A stretch of DNA of 64,000 nt from Escherichia phage vB_EcoM_Ozark, in sequence record NC_054927.1; one strand, 5' to 3'. The notes under the pieces were generated by a model, which did no database searches, had not been told where the DNA came from, and saw nothing but the letters and a program-made list of their open reading frames with translations. Made by a program: the position numbers and the translations under genes. This document shows positions 9,573-19,374 of the stretch, piece by piece. The first letter of the stretch is position 1; the number at the start of each line of letters is the position of its first letter.

Positions 9573-10401
9573 TTATATATTTCCAATTATAGCCTTCAAC
9601 ACTTTTACGTTCGCCATTTAAACATTTTAAAATATTTCCTTTGCTAGAAATATTAAAATATTTTGCTGCGTCTGGTATATAATTAAATGTTTTTAAAAGA
9701 ACACCATCTTTATATGCGCCAAATAAATTAAGAGTATATTTTTCTCGAAGACGCTGATGTTTCCTTTTCATAACCTCAGGATTTGCATACGCCAACTTCA
9801 ATGAATTTCTGTGTTTTTCTTTTACTTCAGGTTTTTGCATTGCTAACTTAGTTAGCCTGGAAATTTTATTTCTAACTTCGTCAGTTTTCATTGCATTTGA
9901 CAAATTTAATAAAGTTTTATTTCTAACTTCAGGTTTTTGCATTGCTAACTTAGTTAGTTCTCTATGTCTTTTTCTAAAATCGTCATCCTTCCATATATTT
10001 TTCGATAATTTTGACATAGAGCGGTGAAATAATTCCTTTTCACTGGAATACAATTTAAAAATTTCATCCAATTCATCCGCATTAAATCTATCGGTATTCG
10101 AGTTTATCATTCTATGAAAGGCATAACACATTTTACTATTGCTTGTTTTAGCTAAATAGTAATGAGCTAACGCATGGTCATAATATGACAAATTAACAAT
10201 ATTCCATTTATCTGTTTTATATTCAGGAAATATAGATTTGGGAAGCACGTGATGTGCTTCCGTTTTTCCTTTTATTTTAGGATTATTATAATTTTTTGTT
10301 ATCAAATCAACATATGACAATAGTAAATCATTATTTTCTTCAAATATTAAAGCTAATTTATCATTCACAAAATCGCAAGGATAAAATCTATCATAATTCA
10401 T
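9562..10401 (-). CDS. HNH-family homing endonuclease inserted between nrdD and nrdG
   Basis: 279-aa ORF; HNH core (EAHHVLPKS...NIVNLSYYDHALAH); ATG overlaps the nrdD TGA stop and the 3' end overlaps the nrdG start by 11 nt. Confidence 0.7.
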   Translation of the reverse strand: MNYDRFYPCDFVNDKLALIFEENNDLLLSYVDLITKNYNNPKIKGKTEAHHVLPKSIFPEYKTDKWNIVNLSYYDHALAHYYLAKTSNSKMCYAFHRMINSNTDRFNADELDEIFKLYSSEKELFHRSMSKLSKNIWKDDDFRKRHRELTKLAMQKPEVRNKTLLNLSNAMKTDEVRNKISRLTKLAMQKPEVKEKHRNSLKLAYANPEVMKRKHQRLREKYTLNLFGAYKDGVLLKTFNYIPDAAKYFNISSKGNILKCLNGERKSVEGYNWKYINEL

Positions 10402-12215
10402 TGGTGTTTAACCCTATGCATGATTTCTTTATTTTTACCGAGATTAAATCCGCGTTCGTTCGGATTTCCCAAATAACCACATGTTCTTCTTATGGTATTC
10501 ATCTTTTTAGGATCAGTTTCTCCACAAATAGAACAAACAAATCCGTTTTCAGTAGGAGTCATTTCATGGGTGCTTCCGCATGTAAAACATTTATCTACTG
10601 GCATATTAACACCAAAATAATCTAAATGTTGTGCAGCATAATCCCAGACGGCCTCAAGTCCCTTTAAATTGTTTTTCATATCAGGAAGTTCAACATAAGA
10701 AATGTGACCACCTGTTGCAATGAAATGATATGGGGCTTCGCGAGAAATCTTTTCAAACGGAGTGATATTTTCTTCTACTGAAACATGGAAACTGTTAGTG
10801 TACCAGCCTTTATCAGTAACATCCTTTACACTTCCATATTTTTCAGTATCAAGTTTACAGAAGCGATAGCACAGGTTTTCAGCAGGAGTAGAATACAAGC
10901 TAAAAGCAAAACCGGTTCTTTCAGTCCACTGCTTAAGACGAGCATTCATTTTAGTTAAAATTTCCTGTCCAATATCACGACCGACAAGAATATTCAATTC
11001 GTGAATACCAATGTATCCTAGGGACACTGAACTTCTACCGTTTTTAAATAACTCAATTATGTCGTCATCAGGTTTAAGACGAACCCCGAATGCACCTTCT
11101 TGGTAAAGAATAGGAGCAACAGTCGCTTTAACTCCTTTTAAGGAACTAATTCTACACATCAAAGCTTCAAAACACAAATCCATTCGTTCATTGAATAATT
11201 CAACAAATTTCTGTTCATTGAACTGTGTTCCAATATAAGAATCTAACGCGATGCGAGGAAGATTCAGTGTTACAACACCAAGATTATTACGTCCATCAAG
11301 AATTTCATTACCAGTCGAATCTTTCCATACGCTCAAGAAACTACGGCAACCCATTGGAGAAACAGGAACAGATGAACCAGTGATAGCTTTATTGTTCTTA
11401 GCTGAAATAATATCAGGATACATCCTTTTGCTTGCACACTCTAGAGCAAGCTGCTTAATATCATAGTTCGGATCGTCTTTGTAAAGATTAACGCCTTCTT
11501 CGACGAACATAACAAGCTTAGGAAAAATAGGAGTTATCCCATCACGACCGAGACCTTTAATACGATTTTTCAGAATTGCTTTCTGAATCATTCGTTCAGT
11601 CCAGTCAGTTCCCGTACCAAATGTAATTGTTACAAAAGGAGTCTGTCCGTTTGAACTAAAGAGAGTATTTACTTCATATTCATAAGCTTGGAATGCATCG
11701 TATACGTCTTTTTCTGTTTTAGATTGAGCATAATTCAACGCATCAGCGATTTGCCATTTTTCTGCGTCCTCAATATGTTTTGCATAGGTGCGTTTAACAT
11801 AAGGAGAAAGTACTTTATCTACATTAGCAAAAGTCGTTCCGCCATATTGATGGGAAGCAACTTGCGCAGTAATTTGTGCCATAATTGCAGTAGCAACTCC
11901 AATTGATTTAGGAGTTTCAATCTGCGCATTACCAAGCTTAAATCCATTCTCAAGCATTCCTTTTAAATCTACTAAACAACAATTAGTAAATGGAAGAGCA
12001 GGGGAATAATCAATATCGTGGAAATGAATAATTCCGCTTTCATGCGCTTTCATAATAAAAGACGGGACCATATTTTTGGCAATGTGTTTAGACACAATAC
12101 CAGCCATAAGGTCCCGTTGAGTTGGAAAAACACGAGAATCTTTATTAGCATTCTCGTTTAAAAGGTCTTTATTAGTTTTATGAATCAATCCTTCAATTTC
12201 TTTTTCAATTGTCAT
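10398..12215 (-). CDS. nrdD: Anaerobic ribonucleoside-triphosphate reductase NrdD (glycyl-radical enzyme), uninterrupted
   Basis: 605-aa continuous ORF; C-terminal glycyl-radical motif RRTCGYLG and CxxC zinc ribbon (CFTCGS...CSICG); no intron visible. Confidence 0.9.
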   Translation of the reverse strand: MTIEKEIEGLIHKTNKDLLNENANKDSRVFPTQRDLMAGIVSKHIAKNMVPSFIMKAHESGIIHFHDIDYSPALPFTNCCLVDLKGMLENGFKLGNAQIETPKSIGVATAIMAQITAQVASHQYGGTTFANVDKVLSPYVKRTYAKHIEDAEKWQIADALNYAQSKTEKDVYDAFQAYEYEVNTLFSSNGQTPFVTITFGTGTDWTERMIQKAILKNRIKGLGRDGITPIFPKLVMFVEEGVNLYKDDPNYDIKQLALECASKRMYPDIISAKNNKAITGSSVPVSPMGCRSFLSVWKDSTGNEILDGRNNLGVVTLNLPRIALDSYIGTQFNEQKFVELFNERMDLCFEALMCRISSLKGVKATVAPILYQEGAFGVRLKPDDDIIELFKNGRSSVSLGYIGIHELNILVGRDIGQEILTKMNARLKQWTERTGFAFSLYSTPAENLCYRFCKLDTEKYGSVKDVTDKGWYTNSFHVSVEENITPFEKISREAPYHFIATGGHISYVELPDMKNNLKGLEAVWDYAAQHLDYFGVNMPVDKCFTCGSTHEMTPTENGFVCSICGETDPKKMNTIRRTCGYLGNPNERGFNLGKNKEIMHRVKHQ

Positions 12216-12685
12216 TTTAAACTCTTTCTAAGCTGCTTCTTAAATGAAGCTATTAACTGTGTTTTGGTGTCAGATTCATTATATTCAAATCCTCTTTGAA
12301 GCATCTCGGCCATCATTTCCTCTTTTCCTAAACGAGAAAATTCCTTTGATTTATCTCCAACAAAGTTAGGGTGAATATTATTTTGGGTGTAATCGGATTT
12401 TAAATAAGTAAGTAAATTTTCTAACCATTCAAGATAATCAACACCTTGTCCCTTTAAGCCAGAACGATTAAATTTGTGCTTCATTTGACCTTCTGCAGCA
12501 TTGCAGAGATTACAAAGCAATCCACGTACCTTTCCTGCTTTTGGTCCATTTAATTCATGGTCATGATCGAGGTGATTAGCTTGAACATCAGGATTTAGTT
12601 CTCGTTGGCAAATTAAGCATTTACCGTTTTGCGCATCATAAAATTTCTGTTTTTCTTCTTTATATAATTTGCCAGTCAATAACAT
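12212..12685 (-). CDS. 49: Endonuclease VII (Holliday-junction resolvase)
   Basis: 157-aa ORF; CLICQ...HLDHDHE...CNLCN zinc-binding/catalytic signature characteristic of T4 gp49. Confidence 0.85.
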   Translation of the reverse strand: MLLTGKLYKEEKQKFYDAQNGKCLICQRELNPDVQANHLDHDHELNGPKAGKVRGLLCNLCNAAEGQMKHKFNRSGLKGQGVDYLEWLENLLTYLKSDYTQNNIHPNFVGDKSKEFSRLGKEEMMAEMLQRGFEYNESDTKTQLIASFKKQLRKSLK

Positions 12686-12726
12686 AATAAACCCTTACCT
12701 TAAATAGATAAGGGTATTTATTATTT

Positions 12727-13230
12727 TCAAGTATTGTAAAACATTTGATTCAATCGCTTATATTGCCGAATCTTTTGGTCAGAAAAAGAAATTTGGGTTT
12801 CAAGCCATTCAATATATTCTGCCGCAGCTTGCATCAAATTTCCTTCATAGCCATCGTTATTTTCTTGTGCAGCTAATTTAGCTAATGCGTATGAAATACG
12901 TTCACCTTGAAAATCGGCTTTAGGCTTCTGAACAACTTGATTAGTTCGCTCTACAACTTCTTCAATTTCGCCATTTTCAACGGATTCAGTATTCCATAAG
13001 CACCAATACGTAATTGGCTTATCATAGATATTAATAATCTTTCCGTCGGAAAGTTCAATTTCAATAATTCCAGTATCAGGCTCTATATCATCTTCGCATT
13101 CTTTTGCAAGTTCACGAACTTTAAAGACAGTACCTGCACTAAGTTCCGGCCAGTAATTACACAGCCCTGTATCAGCACGATTAATTCTAAACCACTTATC
13201 TACTGTAATCATGTCCCATCTCCATATCAA
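12727..13230 (-). CDS. Hypothetical protein (position corresponds to T4 pin region)
   Basis: 167-aa ORF downstream of gene 49; identity not verifiable without a search. Confidence 0.35.
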   Translation of the reverse strand: MIWRWDMITVDKWFRINRADTGLCNYWPELSAGTVFKVRELAKECEDDIEPDTGIIEIELSDGKIINIYDKPITYWCLWNTESVENGEIEEVVERTNQVVQKPKADFQGERISYALAKLAAQENNDGYEGNLMQAAAEYIEWLETQISFSDQKIRQYKRLNQMFYNT

Positions 13231-13335
13231 TTAAGTCATTTATCGTTGGTTCATTATATACTGTTTCTTCATCAGTGTAAACCGGTTCTTCCGGCTCTGG
13301 CTCTACAGTTTCCCATCTAGCCGCCCACCAAGGTT

Positions 13336-13656
13336 TTATAGCGTAATCCATTCTCGTACTATCTGAGTTACTACACGTTCACGGGGCTCGACTAGTTCAA
13401 CAGTCGGAACTGCATAATACCAGTCAGAATGATAAGAACCTGACCGAGATTCATTTACCGCTACATGTACATTATGTTTTGGACTAAAGTAAACACACTG
13501 ACGATATTGGCATTTACCATCTTGCACCCAGTCTTCTATTTCGATAGGTTTAAGATAATCGGAAAAATCGAAATCATAGTTTTCCGAAAATGCATCATGG
13601 TCTTCAATGATTTCGCTCAGAACTGCATCAACATCTAATTTATTTTCAATAGTCAT
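13336..13656 (-). CDS. Hypothetical acidic protein
   Basis: 106-aa ORF. Confidence 0.4.
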   Translation of the reverse strand: MTIENKLDVDAVLSEIIEDHDAFSENYDFDFSDYLKPIEIEDWVQDGKCQYRQCVYFSPKHNVHVAVNESRSGSYHSDWYYAVPTVELVEPRERVVTQIVREWITL

Positions 13657-13666
13657 TTTTCACCAA

Positions 13667-13876
13667 TTAATTTCGCAATTTATTAAGTTCTTCATCATCA
13701 ATCCAGGATTCTAGTCCTGATGGCAGGTCACATTCAATTTCCCAAAGAAGTTCTTCAATTTTATGAAGACGATCTAGTTCTTCAGCAGGAATAGTAACCA
13801 TTGACGGAGCTCTTGCTACATTAATATCGTAAATCATATTTACCCCAGTTTGACCATACAATCGCCGTATTTCCAC
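13667..13876 (-). CDS. Hypothetical protein
   Basis: 69-aa ORF. Confidence 0.35.
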   Translation of the reverse strand: MEIRRLYGQTGVNMIYDINVARAPSMVTIPAEELDRLHKIEELLWEIECDLPSGLESWIDDEELNKLRN

Positions 13877-14055
13877 TTAGAAATAGACTTTTCACCATTA
13901 GAATAATAAACTTCAAGTTTAGCACGATTATTTTTAATTTGAATAACCTTGGCTGTCATCAAAGTTCCATACCCATAATAAACTGCAACTTCATCACCTA
14001 CATATACCGCGCTTCCGCGGTAATCATGAATATAGTCAGTTCCTTCGAGCATCAT
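13840..14055 (-). CDS. Hypothetical protein
   Basis: 71-aa ORF overlapping neighbours at both ends. Confidence 0.35.
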   Translation of the reverse strand: MMLEGTDYIHDYRGSAVYVGDEVAVYYGYGTLMTAKVIQIKNNRAKLEVYYSNGEKSISKWKYGDCMVKLG

Positions 14056-14315
14056 TTAAAATATTCTCGCAGTTGGTCAAATCCACCAATATGACTTCCA
14101 TCAGGAGCAAATACCTGAGGCATTGTCAAGCCGATTTGAGTATCACGACCTAGTTTCGTCAGAAGCTCAGCAATTTTCTCATCATCAAAAACACCTTTTT
14201 CCGGCATAATGTTGATAAATTCAAACGGCTGTTTCTTCACAGTCAAAAGACGTTTTGCATTATCGCAATACACACATTTATGGATGTTGCTATCATAACC
14301 ATATACTTTAAACAT
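14052..14315 (-). CDS. nrdC: Thioredoxin/glutaredoxin NrdC
   Basis: 87-aa ORF; MFKVYGYDSNIHKCVYCDNAKRLL with CVYC active site, matching the T4 thioredoxin fold. Confidence 0.85.
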   Translation of the reverse strand: MFKVYGYDSNIHKCVYCDNAKRLLTVKKQPFEFINIMPEKGVFDDEKIAELLTKLGRDTQIGLTMPQVFAPDGSHIGGFDQLREYFK

Positions 14316-14316
14316 A

Positions 14317-14559
14317 TTATTCCTTAATTCCTAGTACTTGTTTAAAAGTCTCGTCGTAATCAAGACTTTGGCCCGTTTGTTCTTTATGTTTGTATATAAT
14401 ATCACTTACTTCTGATAGCATATTTTTGTATGAACGAGTTACAGCAGATTTAAGCACGCTGTATCTATCAGGAAATTTACCATGTTCATTATAATAAGCT
14501 ATTGCTAATTCACGGACTGCCTTTTCAGCAGTCTCCATATATTCTTTACGCTTGGTCAT
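14317..14559 (-). CDS. Hypothetical protein
   Basis: 80-aa ORF abutting nrdC. Confidence 0.4.
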   Translation of the reverse strand: MTKRKEYMETAEKAVRELAIAYYNEHGKFPDRYSVLKSAVTRSYKNMLSEVSDIIYKHKEQTGQSLDYDETFKQVLGIKE

Positions 14560-14561
14560 TT

Positions 14562-14951
14562 TTAATCCAAAATATTATTAGGCATTGGTTGAACACTCAC
14601 AAGTTCTTTAAAGAACTCAGTAGAGTCAGGCAATTTAACCATTTCCGGAGCATGCTTATTAAATTTATGTTTACAATGACGGCATTTATATTCAAGCTCT
14701 GGTTTACGCCAGTTAATCAATTGAACTTGTTCAGTACCGCATTCAGGGCAATTAGGAACGTTTTTAGAAGCTCTTTCACGTCGTTCAACCATAGCCATAA
14801 TAGCATCCCATGCTGGAGGTTTAAAATCTAAATCGTCGCAGCCGTGAATCTTTCCACGCATTTCCATATCATCTTCCTCACCAGCCATAATAATTTTAAT
14901 TAAACTGGAATTACTTGAAGCTGCAATGTCTTCTAATAAACGCTTTTTCAT
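14562..14951 (-). CDS. Hypothetical zinc-ribbon protein
   Basis: 129-aa ORF with CPECG...CRHCKHK four-Cys motif. Confidence 0.4.
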   Translation of the reverse strand: MKKRLLEDIAASSNSSLIKIIMAGEEDDMEMRGKIHGCDDLDFKPPAWDAIMAMVERRERASKNVPNCPECGTEQVQLINWRKPELEYKCRHCKHKFNKHAPEMVKLPDSTEFFKELVSVQPMPNNILD

Positions 14952-15877
14952 TTCAATACCTCAATAGCATTACGTAAACCATTTGCTTTTGCATTAAGAG
15001 CTTTTAACAATTTGGTGTGTTCTGCAATTTGGGCTTCAACTTCAATCAAACGGGCATTGAGATATTCGCGTTCTTCACTCAGATTATCAACCTTTTCTAC
15101 TTTAGGCTCTTTTACAACTGTCTTATATGTATTAGGGTTCTTCAGTTTAATTAGAATGCGTGAACTGTATAACATTGAACCATTATCTTCGGTTTCGTCA
15201 TACATTTCCACTACGTCCATAATTTTTAACATCATGCGGAGTTTATAAGACAACGAACGAATAGTTTTGTTGTGCTTATTAATTTCTTTAGCTGTCATGG
15301 TGCCAAGATTACGTGAGTAATAATAAGGAACCTGGATATTAATTAATACTGATGAACCACCTGGCTTGTGTGTTACTTCATCAGCAATAACCCAGTCCTT
15401 AACATGAACTGTATTTGTACGATCATCGCCCGCGGTGAACAGTTTGCGAGCATGCTTAAAAAGCATATTCACTTGGTCATTGAATTGGCAAGCAAATTTA
15501 TCAGCAAATTTGGTTTCAGGAATGGTAGAAAACCAATTAGCCAAATGAGTCTTTTTAACATCATTAACAATAGTAAATTCAACCAAATCGGTTATAGATG
15601 TCTCAGATTTAATAAAGCTCGGCTTCATAAAGTTTTTAATGTTATCGTGAGCTACAGTAGAAGATAACATACGAGAACGTTTAAACCATTCAAGCAAATT
15701 GCCTAACGAATGAGAATAAGCGTTTTGAGTATCTTTACAGATATGATTTTCCTGGCCAACATATTGAAGGAAATCACGAAGAATATTATTGATTACTGCT
15801 CTGTGTCCTATCTGATAATTACGATGTTTAGTAATAAGACTGTCAAAATAATCAATATAATGTTTACGAGTTTTCAT
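14948..15877 (-). CDS. Hypothetical protein with C-terminal coiled-coil tail
   Basis: 309-aa ORF; last ~50 aa heptad-like ([44 protein letters not shown]). Confidence 0.45.
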   Translation of the reverse strand: MKTRKHYIDYFDSLITKHRNYQIGHRAVINNILRDFLQYVGQENHICKDTQNAYSHSLGNLLEWFKRSRMLSSTVAHDNIKNFMKPSFIKSETSITDLVEFTIVNDVKKTHLANWFSTIPETKFADKFACQFNDQVNMLFKHARKLFTAGDDRTNTVHVKDWVIADEVTHKPGGSSVLINIQVPYYYSRNLGTMTAKEINKHNKTIRSLSYKLRMMLKIMDVVEMYDETEDNGSMLYSSRILIKLKNPNTYKTVVKEPKVEKVDNLSEEREYLNARLIEVEAQIAEHTKLLKALNAKANGLRNAIEVLK

Positions 15878-15929
15878 GTTCTTCTCACTTGGTTAATGAT
15901 TTATGCTCCGAGCCATCCTTGGCTTTAAA

Positions 15930-16961
15930 TTACTTAATTAACTGTAAAGCTTGTTCAAGACGATCCAAGCGATTGACAGATTCTTCCCAAATCTTTTTAG
16001 CCTGCTCATATTCTTTCTGCGCTTTATTAGAAATTTCTAGAACTTCTTTATAAGCTTTTTCTAATGCAATAACTTCTGGACGAATTTCTGCCGGTTCAGG
16101 CGAATCATCAAGATTATCCATTAGTTCCTCAAGGGTAGTTTCTTCTTTAGAAGTATTCACAATTTCCTCACATTTTTGTTGATAAATTTCTTTATCAGTA
16201 GGTGAATAAGCACATTTCACTTCACGAAGACTAATTACAATTTTATATCCTTCCCATCCGCATATATTCTTAAAAGGATATGTATGAATATTTTCTACTG
16301 TTTCCATACAAAGTAATGCAGTCTCTAACTGACGAGTTATAGTGCTAGCAATTGAGAAAAATTTATTAATATTCTTTTGGTTAGCGTTTGGTGTAAAAAA
16401 TCCATAATTCACAAAAATAGCTACTTTATTTTCATCAAGCTCATATTCTTTTACGATAATCATATCAGAAGCCAAAGGATGAATTTGACGATAATCGCCA
16501 TAACATAATTTAGAAGCTGATTTTAGAATTTGTCCTTTGAAAAGTCTGAAATTACTAATCCAACGACGAGTAAAAATATTCTCAGGGTCTTCTTTATTAT
16601 TAAGATGATAAGAATTAACATCACCGAACCAATTATATCCTACTACATCTTTGGTTCGTTTAATTTCTTTCCCAAAATTACCAAGAATATCCCGATTAAC
16701 CAAATATGAAAGAAGACGAGACTCTTTAAAAGTTTTTTTGATAACATCTTTATCTACACGGCTAGAAATTTTACGAATTTCATGAATAAATTTAGTAGAA
16801 GAAACAATACTTGCATCAACACTATTGAGCCATTGATTGATAATAGAAAGAACGATATTTTGACCAAACATCGGTATAGCTTTATCATCAATAACGCTGT
16901 TGAACGATTTAATATATTCGTTGCGAGTCATATTAATCTCCTCAGTAGAAAGTAAGAACAT
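15930..16961 (-). CDS. Hypothetical protein with C-terminal coiled-coil tail
   Basis: 343-aa ORF; Pro-rich linker (SPEPAEIRPEV) followed by a ~50-aa helical tail. Confidence 0.45.
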   Translation of the reverse strand: MFLLSTEEINMTRNEYIKSFNSVIDDKAIPMFGQNIVLSIINQWLNSVDASIVSSTKFIHEIRKISSRVDKDVIKKTFKESRLLSYLVNRDILGNFGKEIKRTKDVVGYNWFGDVNSYHLNNKEDPENIFTRRWISNFRLFKGQILKSASKLCYGDYRQIHPLASDMIIVKEYELDENKVAIFVNYGFFTPNANQKNINKFFSIASTITRQLETALLCMETVENIHTYPFKNICGWEGYKIVISLREVKCAYSPTDKEIYQQKCEEIVNTSKEETTLEELMDNLDDSPEPAEIRPEVIALEKAYKEVLEISNKAQKEYEQAKKIWEESVNRLDRLEQALQLIK

Positions 16962-16988
16962 TATACCACATCCTTGTGGCGAAGTAAA

Positions 16989-18008
16989 CTAGTTTAGTGC
17001 ATTTAGTGCGTTGTTCAGTTTAGAACGTTGCTTCGTGAGATTTTTGACTTTTTCTTGTGCTTTTTCTAGCATCTTTTCAGCTTCTAACACTTCATTGGTC
17101 GCTTTAACGAGTTCATCATCTACTGCCTTAAGAGACTTCTCAATCGCATCCGCGTGCCATTTTTCAACAGGTTTAAGACTCGGATTTTCAATAGGAAGAA
17201 AATTCGCTTTATTAAATTTCCATGCATCTTTATTACCTGAGCTATACATCCAAAATTTAGGATCGTTTGATGAGCAATTAGATAAATTTAAGTTATCTTG
17301 CACTTCCTGCTTTTTCTCTTGCGTGACTTCGTCTTTTCTCAAAAAATCATATTTAAATGAAACGATCATATCAAGTTCATATGTTGTTGTATGTTCCCAA
17401 TTTCGCTCAAAACGAGGTAAAATCTTAGACTGAACAGCGGCAACAACATCCATATACTTAAATGCTTCTGTCAACTGTGATTTAAGGCATTCACAAATTG
17501 AAAGAGAATTTTTTGTATTAGGTTTAAAGCTAATTCGTGCAGTTCTATTATTTTCTTTTAACGGTCTTACTTCCATCTGAAGAGTATAACCATCAAATTT
17601 CAGATTCTTTAAGTTAATATCAGAGCCTTTTAATCGACTAGCAGTAGACAAAATTTGCTTTAATTGTTTACGAAATAGAGCAATAAATCTCCATTCAATA
17701 CGATAATGATTTGGATTAAAAAATCCTGTTGATAAATCAACCTTACTCTGACCAACGCCTTGAACAAATAGAGGATTTTTATAATCAATAGTTTTACAGA
17801 AATCGGTGAGCTGCTCACGAGCAGTCATTTGTGTAATATATCCCGCTTTACTAAAATGACGTAACCATTCACTGCTATTCATATACTTAAAGTGAATATC
17901 ACGATTAACTTTATCAGGGTCTAAATTATTTTGGCACAAAAATGTCATAACATTACGTGTATAGCTGGCATTACGAACCATATCTTCAATTTGAGAACGA
18001 GTTTTCAT
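16989..18008 (-). CDS. Hypothetical protein with C-terminal coiled-coil tail
   Basis: 339-aa ORF; linker (PSLKPVEKW) followed by helical tail ending ...LNNALNALN. Confidence 0.45.
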   Translation of the reverse strand: MKTRSQIEDMVRNASYTRNVMTFLCQNNLDPDKVNRDIHFKYMNSSEWLRHFSKAGYITQMTAREQLTDFCKTIDYKNPLFVQGVGQSKVDLSTGFFNPNHYRIEWRFIALFRKQLKQILSTASRLKGSDINLKNLKFDGYTLQMEVRPLKENNRTARISFKPNTKNSLSICECLKSQLTEAFKYMDVVAAVQSKILPRFERNWEHTTTYELDMIVSFKYDFLRKDEVTQEKKQEVQDNLNLSNCSSNDPKFWMYSSGNKDAWKFNKANFLPIENPSLKPVEKWHADAIEKSLKAVDDELVKATNEVLEAEKMLEKAQEKVKNLTKQRSKLNNALNALN

Positions 18009-18016
18009 GGTGTTCC

Positions 18017-18925
18017 TTAAGATTTAAGTAAATCAACAATTTTAATTAATTTTTCACGCTCAGATTTAGCTTTACTACTCAATCCAGATAGTCTGAAAAT
18101 TTCATCGTCATACTGTTGAATAGAAATATTCAGCTCTTCAATTTGCTTATTAAAATAATCAATTTGCTCAGAATGTTTTTCATTACTGCGAACTGGTACA
18201 GGTTTTGTAGGCAATTTAGTTAAACTGGATTCATCCGGGCGATAAATTAAAATACAACTTGAACCAATCGGGCATTTAGCACCAGACACATATTCTAATG
18301 TTCCGGCTTCTTTTAAAACTTCAAAAGCTAAACAGAGATGATGCCCCATATTAACATAATCTGTAGAGCGAGCTCTGACGTAATAATCATCGCCGCGAAT
18401 ACTAAATTTAAAGCATTTAAGGTCTTCTGTATTATTGGTCTTAAAAATCATTTGTTTATCTAGACCTTTAGCTAATCGAGCGCCTAATGCTAATAATCGT
18501 CGTTGATTTTCCCACAAATCCGCAATCATTTGATCGAATGATAATTTCGGCATTAGTCGACCATAAAGGTCATATCCTTTATTATAATTGCGAAGGATTT
18601 CACTCGCGTTAATACGAGACAACGCTCCAATTTTATTAAGGGCTTTCATGATGCGATTAGATAAACCCATTCCAGACCCGTTTGTTCGTTGTAAATGTTT
18701 ATCTAATCCAAACCCAATATCAACTTTAAATTTATCTAAAATTTCAGCATGAACATCTCTGTCAATAACATTCAAATCCAAAGTTGGGTTAAATCTATGA
18801 AAAAATTTATCTGGCTCTCCACGACGAAGTATAGTCCATTCATTCAATTTTTTATTAACTAAAGATTTAATTACTGCATTGACATTATTAATTACTACTG
18901 ACATATTTTCCTCACTCAATTTCAA
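18017..18925 (-). CDS. Hypothetical protein with C-terminal coiled-coil tail
   Basis: 302-aa ORF; linker (PTKPVPV) followed by helical tail. Confidence 0.45.
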   Translation of the reverse strand: MKLSEENMSVVINNVNAVIKSLVNKKLNEWTILRRGEPDKFFHRFNPTLDLNVIDRDVHAEILDKFKVDIGFGLDKHLQRTNGSGMGLSNRIMKALNKIGALSRINASEILRNYNKGYDLYGRLMPKLSFDQMIADLWENQRRLLALGARLAKGLDKQMIFKTNNTEDLKCFKFSIRGDDYYVRARSTDYVNMGHHLCLAFEVLKEAGTLEYVSGAKCPIGSSCILIYRPDESSLTKLPTKPVPVRSNEKHSEQIDYFNKQIEELNISIQQYDDEIFRLSGLSSKAKSEREKLIKIVDLLKS

Positions 18926-19319
18926 TTTTACTAAATATACAGAATAAGATGGAACAGACTATATAAGCACCACACACAGATTGAACTAATACCATTCCAA
19001 AGAACCAAACAATATTATCAAACAATGTCTGTTTTACGTCGAAAGGACGTAAACTTACAGTAATATTATCGCCTTTTTCTATTGATGAATACATCTCTGG
19101 TGAAATATATTCGCTAAATCTATAACCGTCTTTGAGTTCATATACAGCAATAAACGATAAACTAGACCCCTTTCCTTGAGTTCCTGTAAAGGTATTAACT
19201 ACAGTAACATCATAATCTTTATAATGCATATAATCATTAATTGCGTAATAACTATATGCAACTACTACGCACAAACAACATATCAATAAATTCAATCTTT
19301 TAATTATCAACTGTTTCAT
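18912..19319 (-). CDS. Membrane protein
   Basis: 135-aa ORF with N-terminal and C-terminal hydrophobic helices. Confidence 0.4.
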   Translation of the reverse strand: MKQLIIKRLNLLICCLCVVVAYSYYAINDYMHYKDYDVTVVNTFTGTQGKGSSLSFIAVYELKDGYRFSEYISPEMYSSIEKGDNITVSLRPFDVKQTLFDNIVWFFGMVLVQSVCGAYIVCSILFCIFSKIEIE

Positions 19320-19374
19320 AATAATCTCAATTAAAAGGGCTTAGAACCATTATACCATCCTTGGTATAAAGCGG

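Noticed and set aside
9825-9956. Possible CRISPR-like repeat/spacer unit
   Set aside because: Only two copies, in frame inside a protein-coding gene, and no cas genes; interpreted as an intragenic duplication.
11251-11906. Plus-strand ORFs of 71 and 72 aa inside nrdD
   Set aside because: Antisense to nrdD, Ser/Leu/Arg-rich products typical of spurious antisense frames.
17011-17433. Plus-strand 140-aa ORF
   Set aside because: Antisense to the 339-aa minus-strand gene; Ser/Cys/Phe-rich, no start context.
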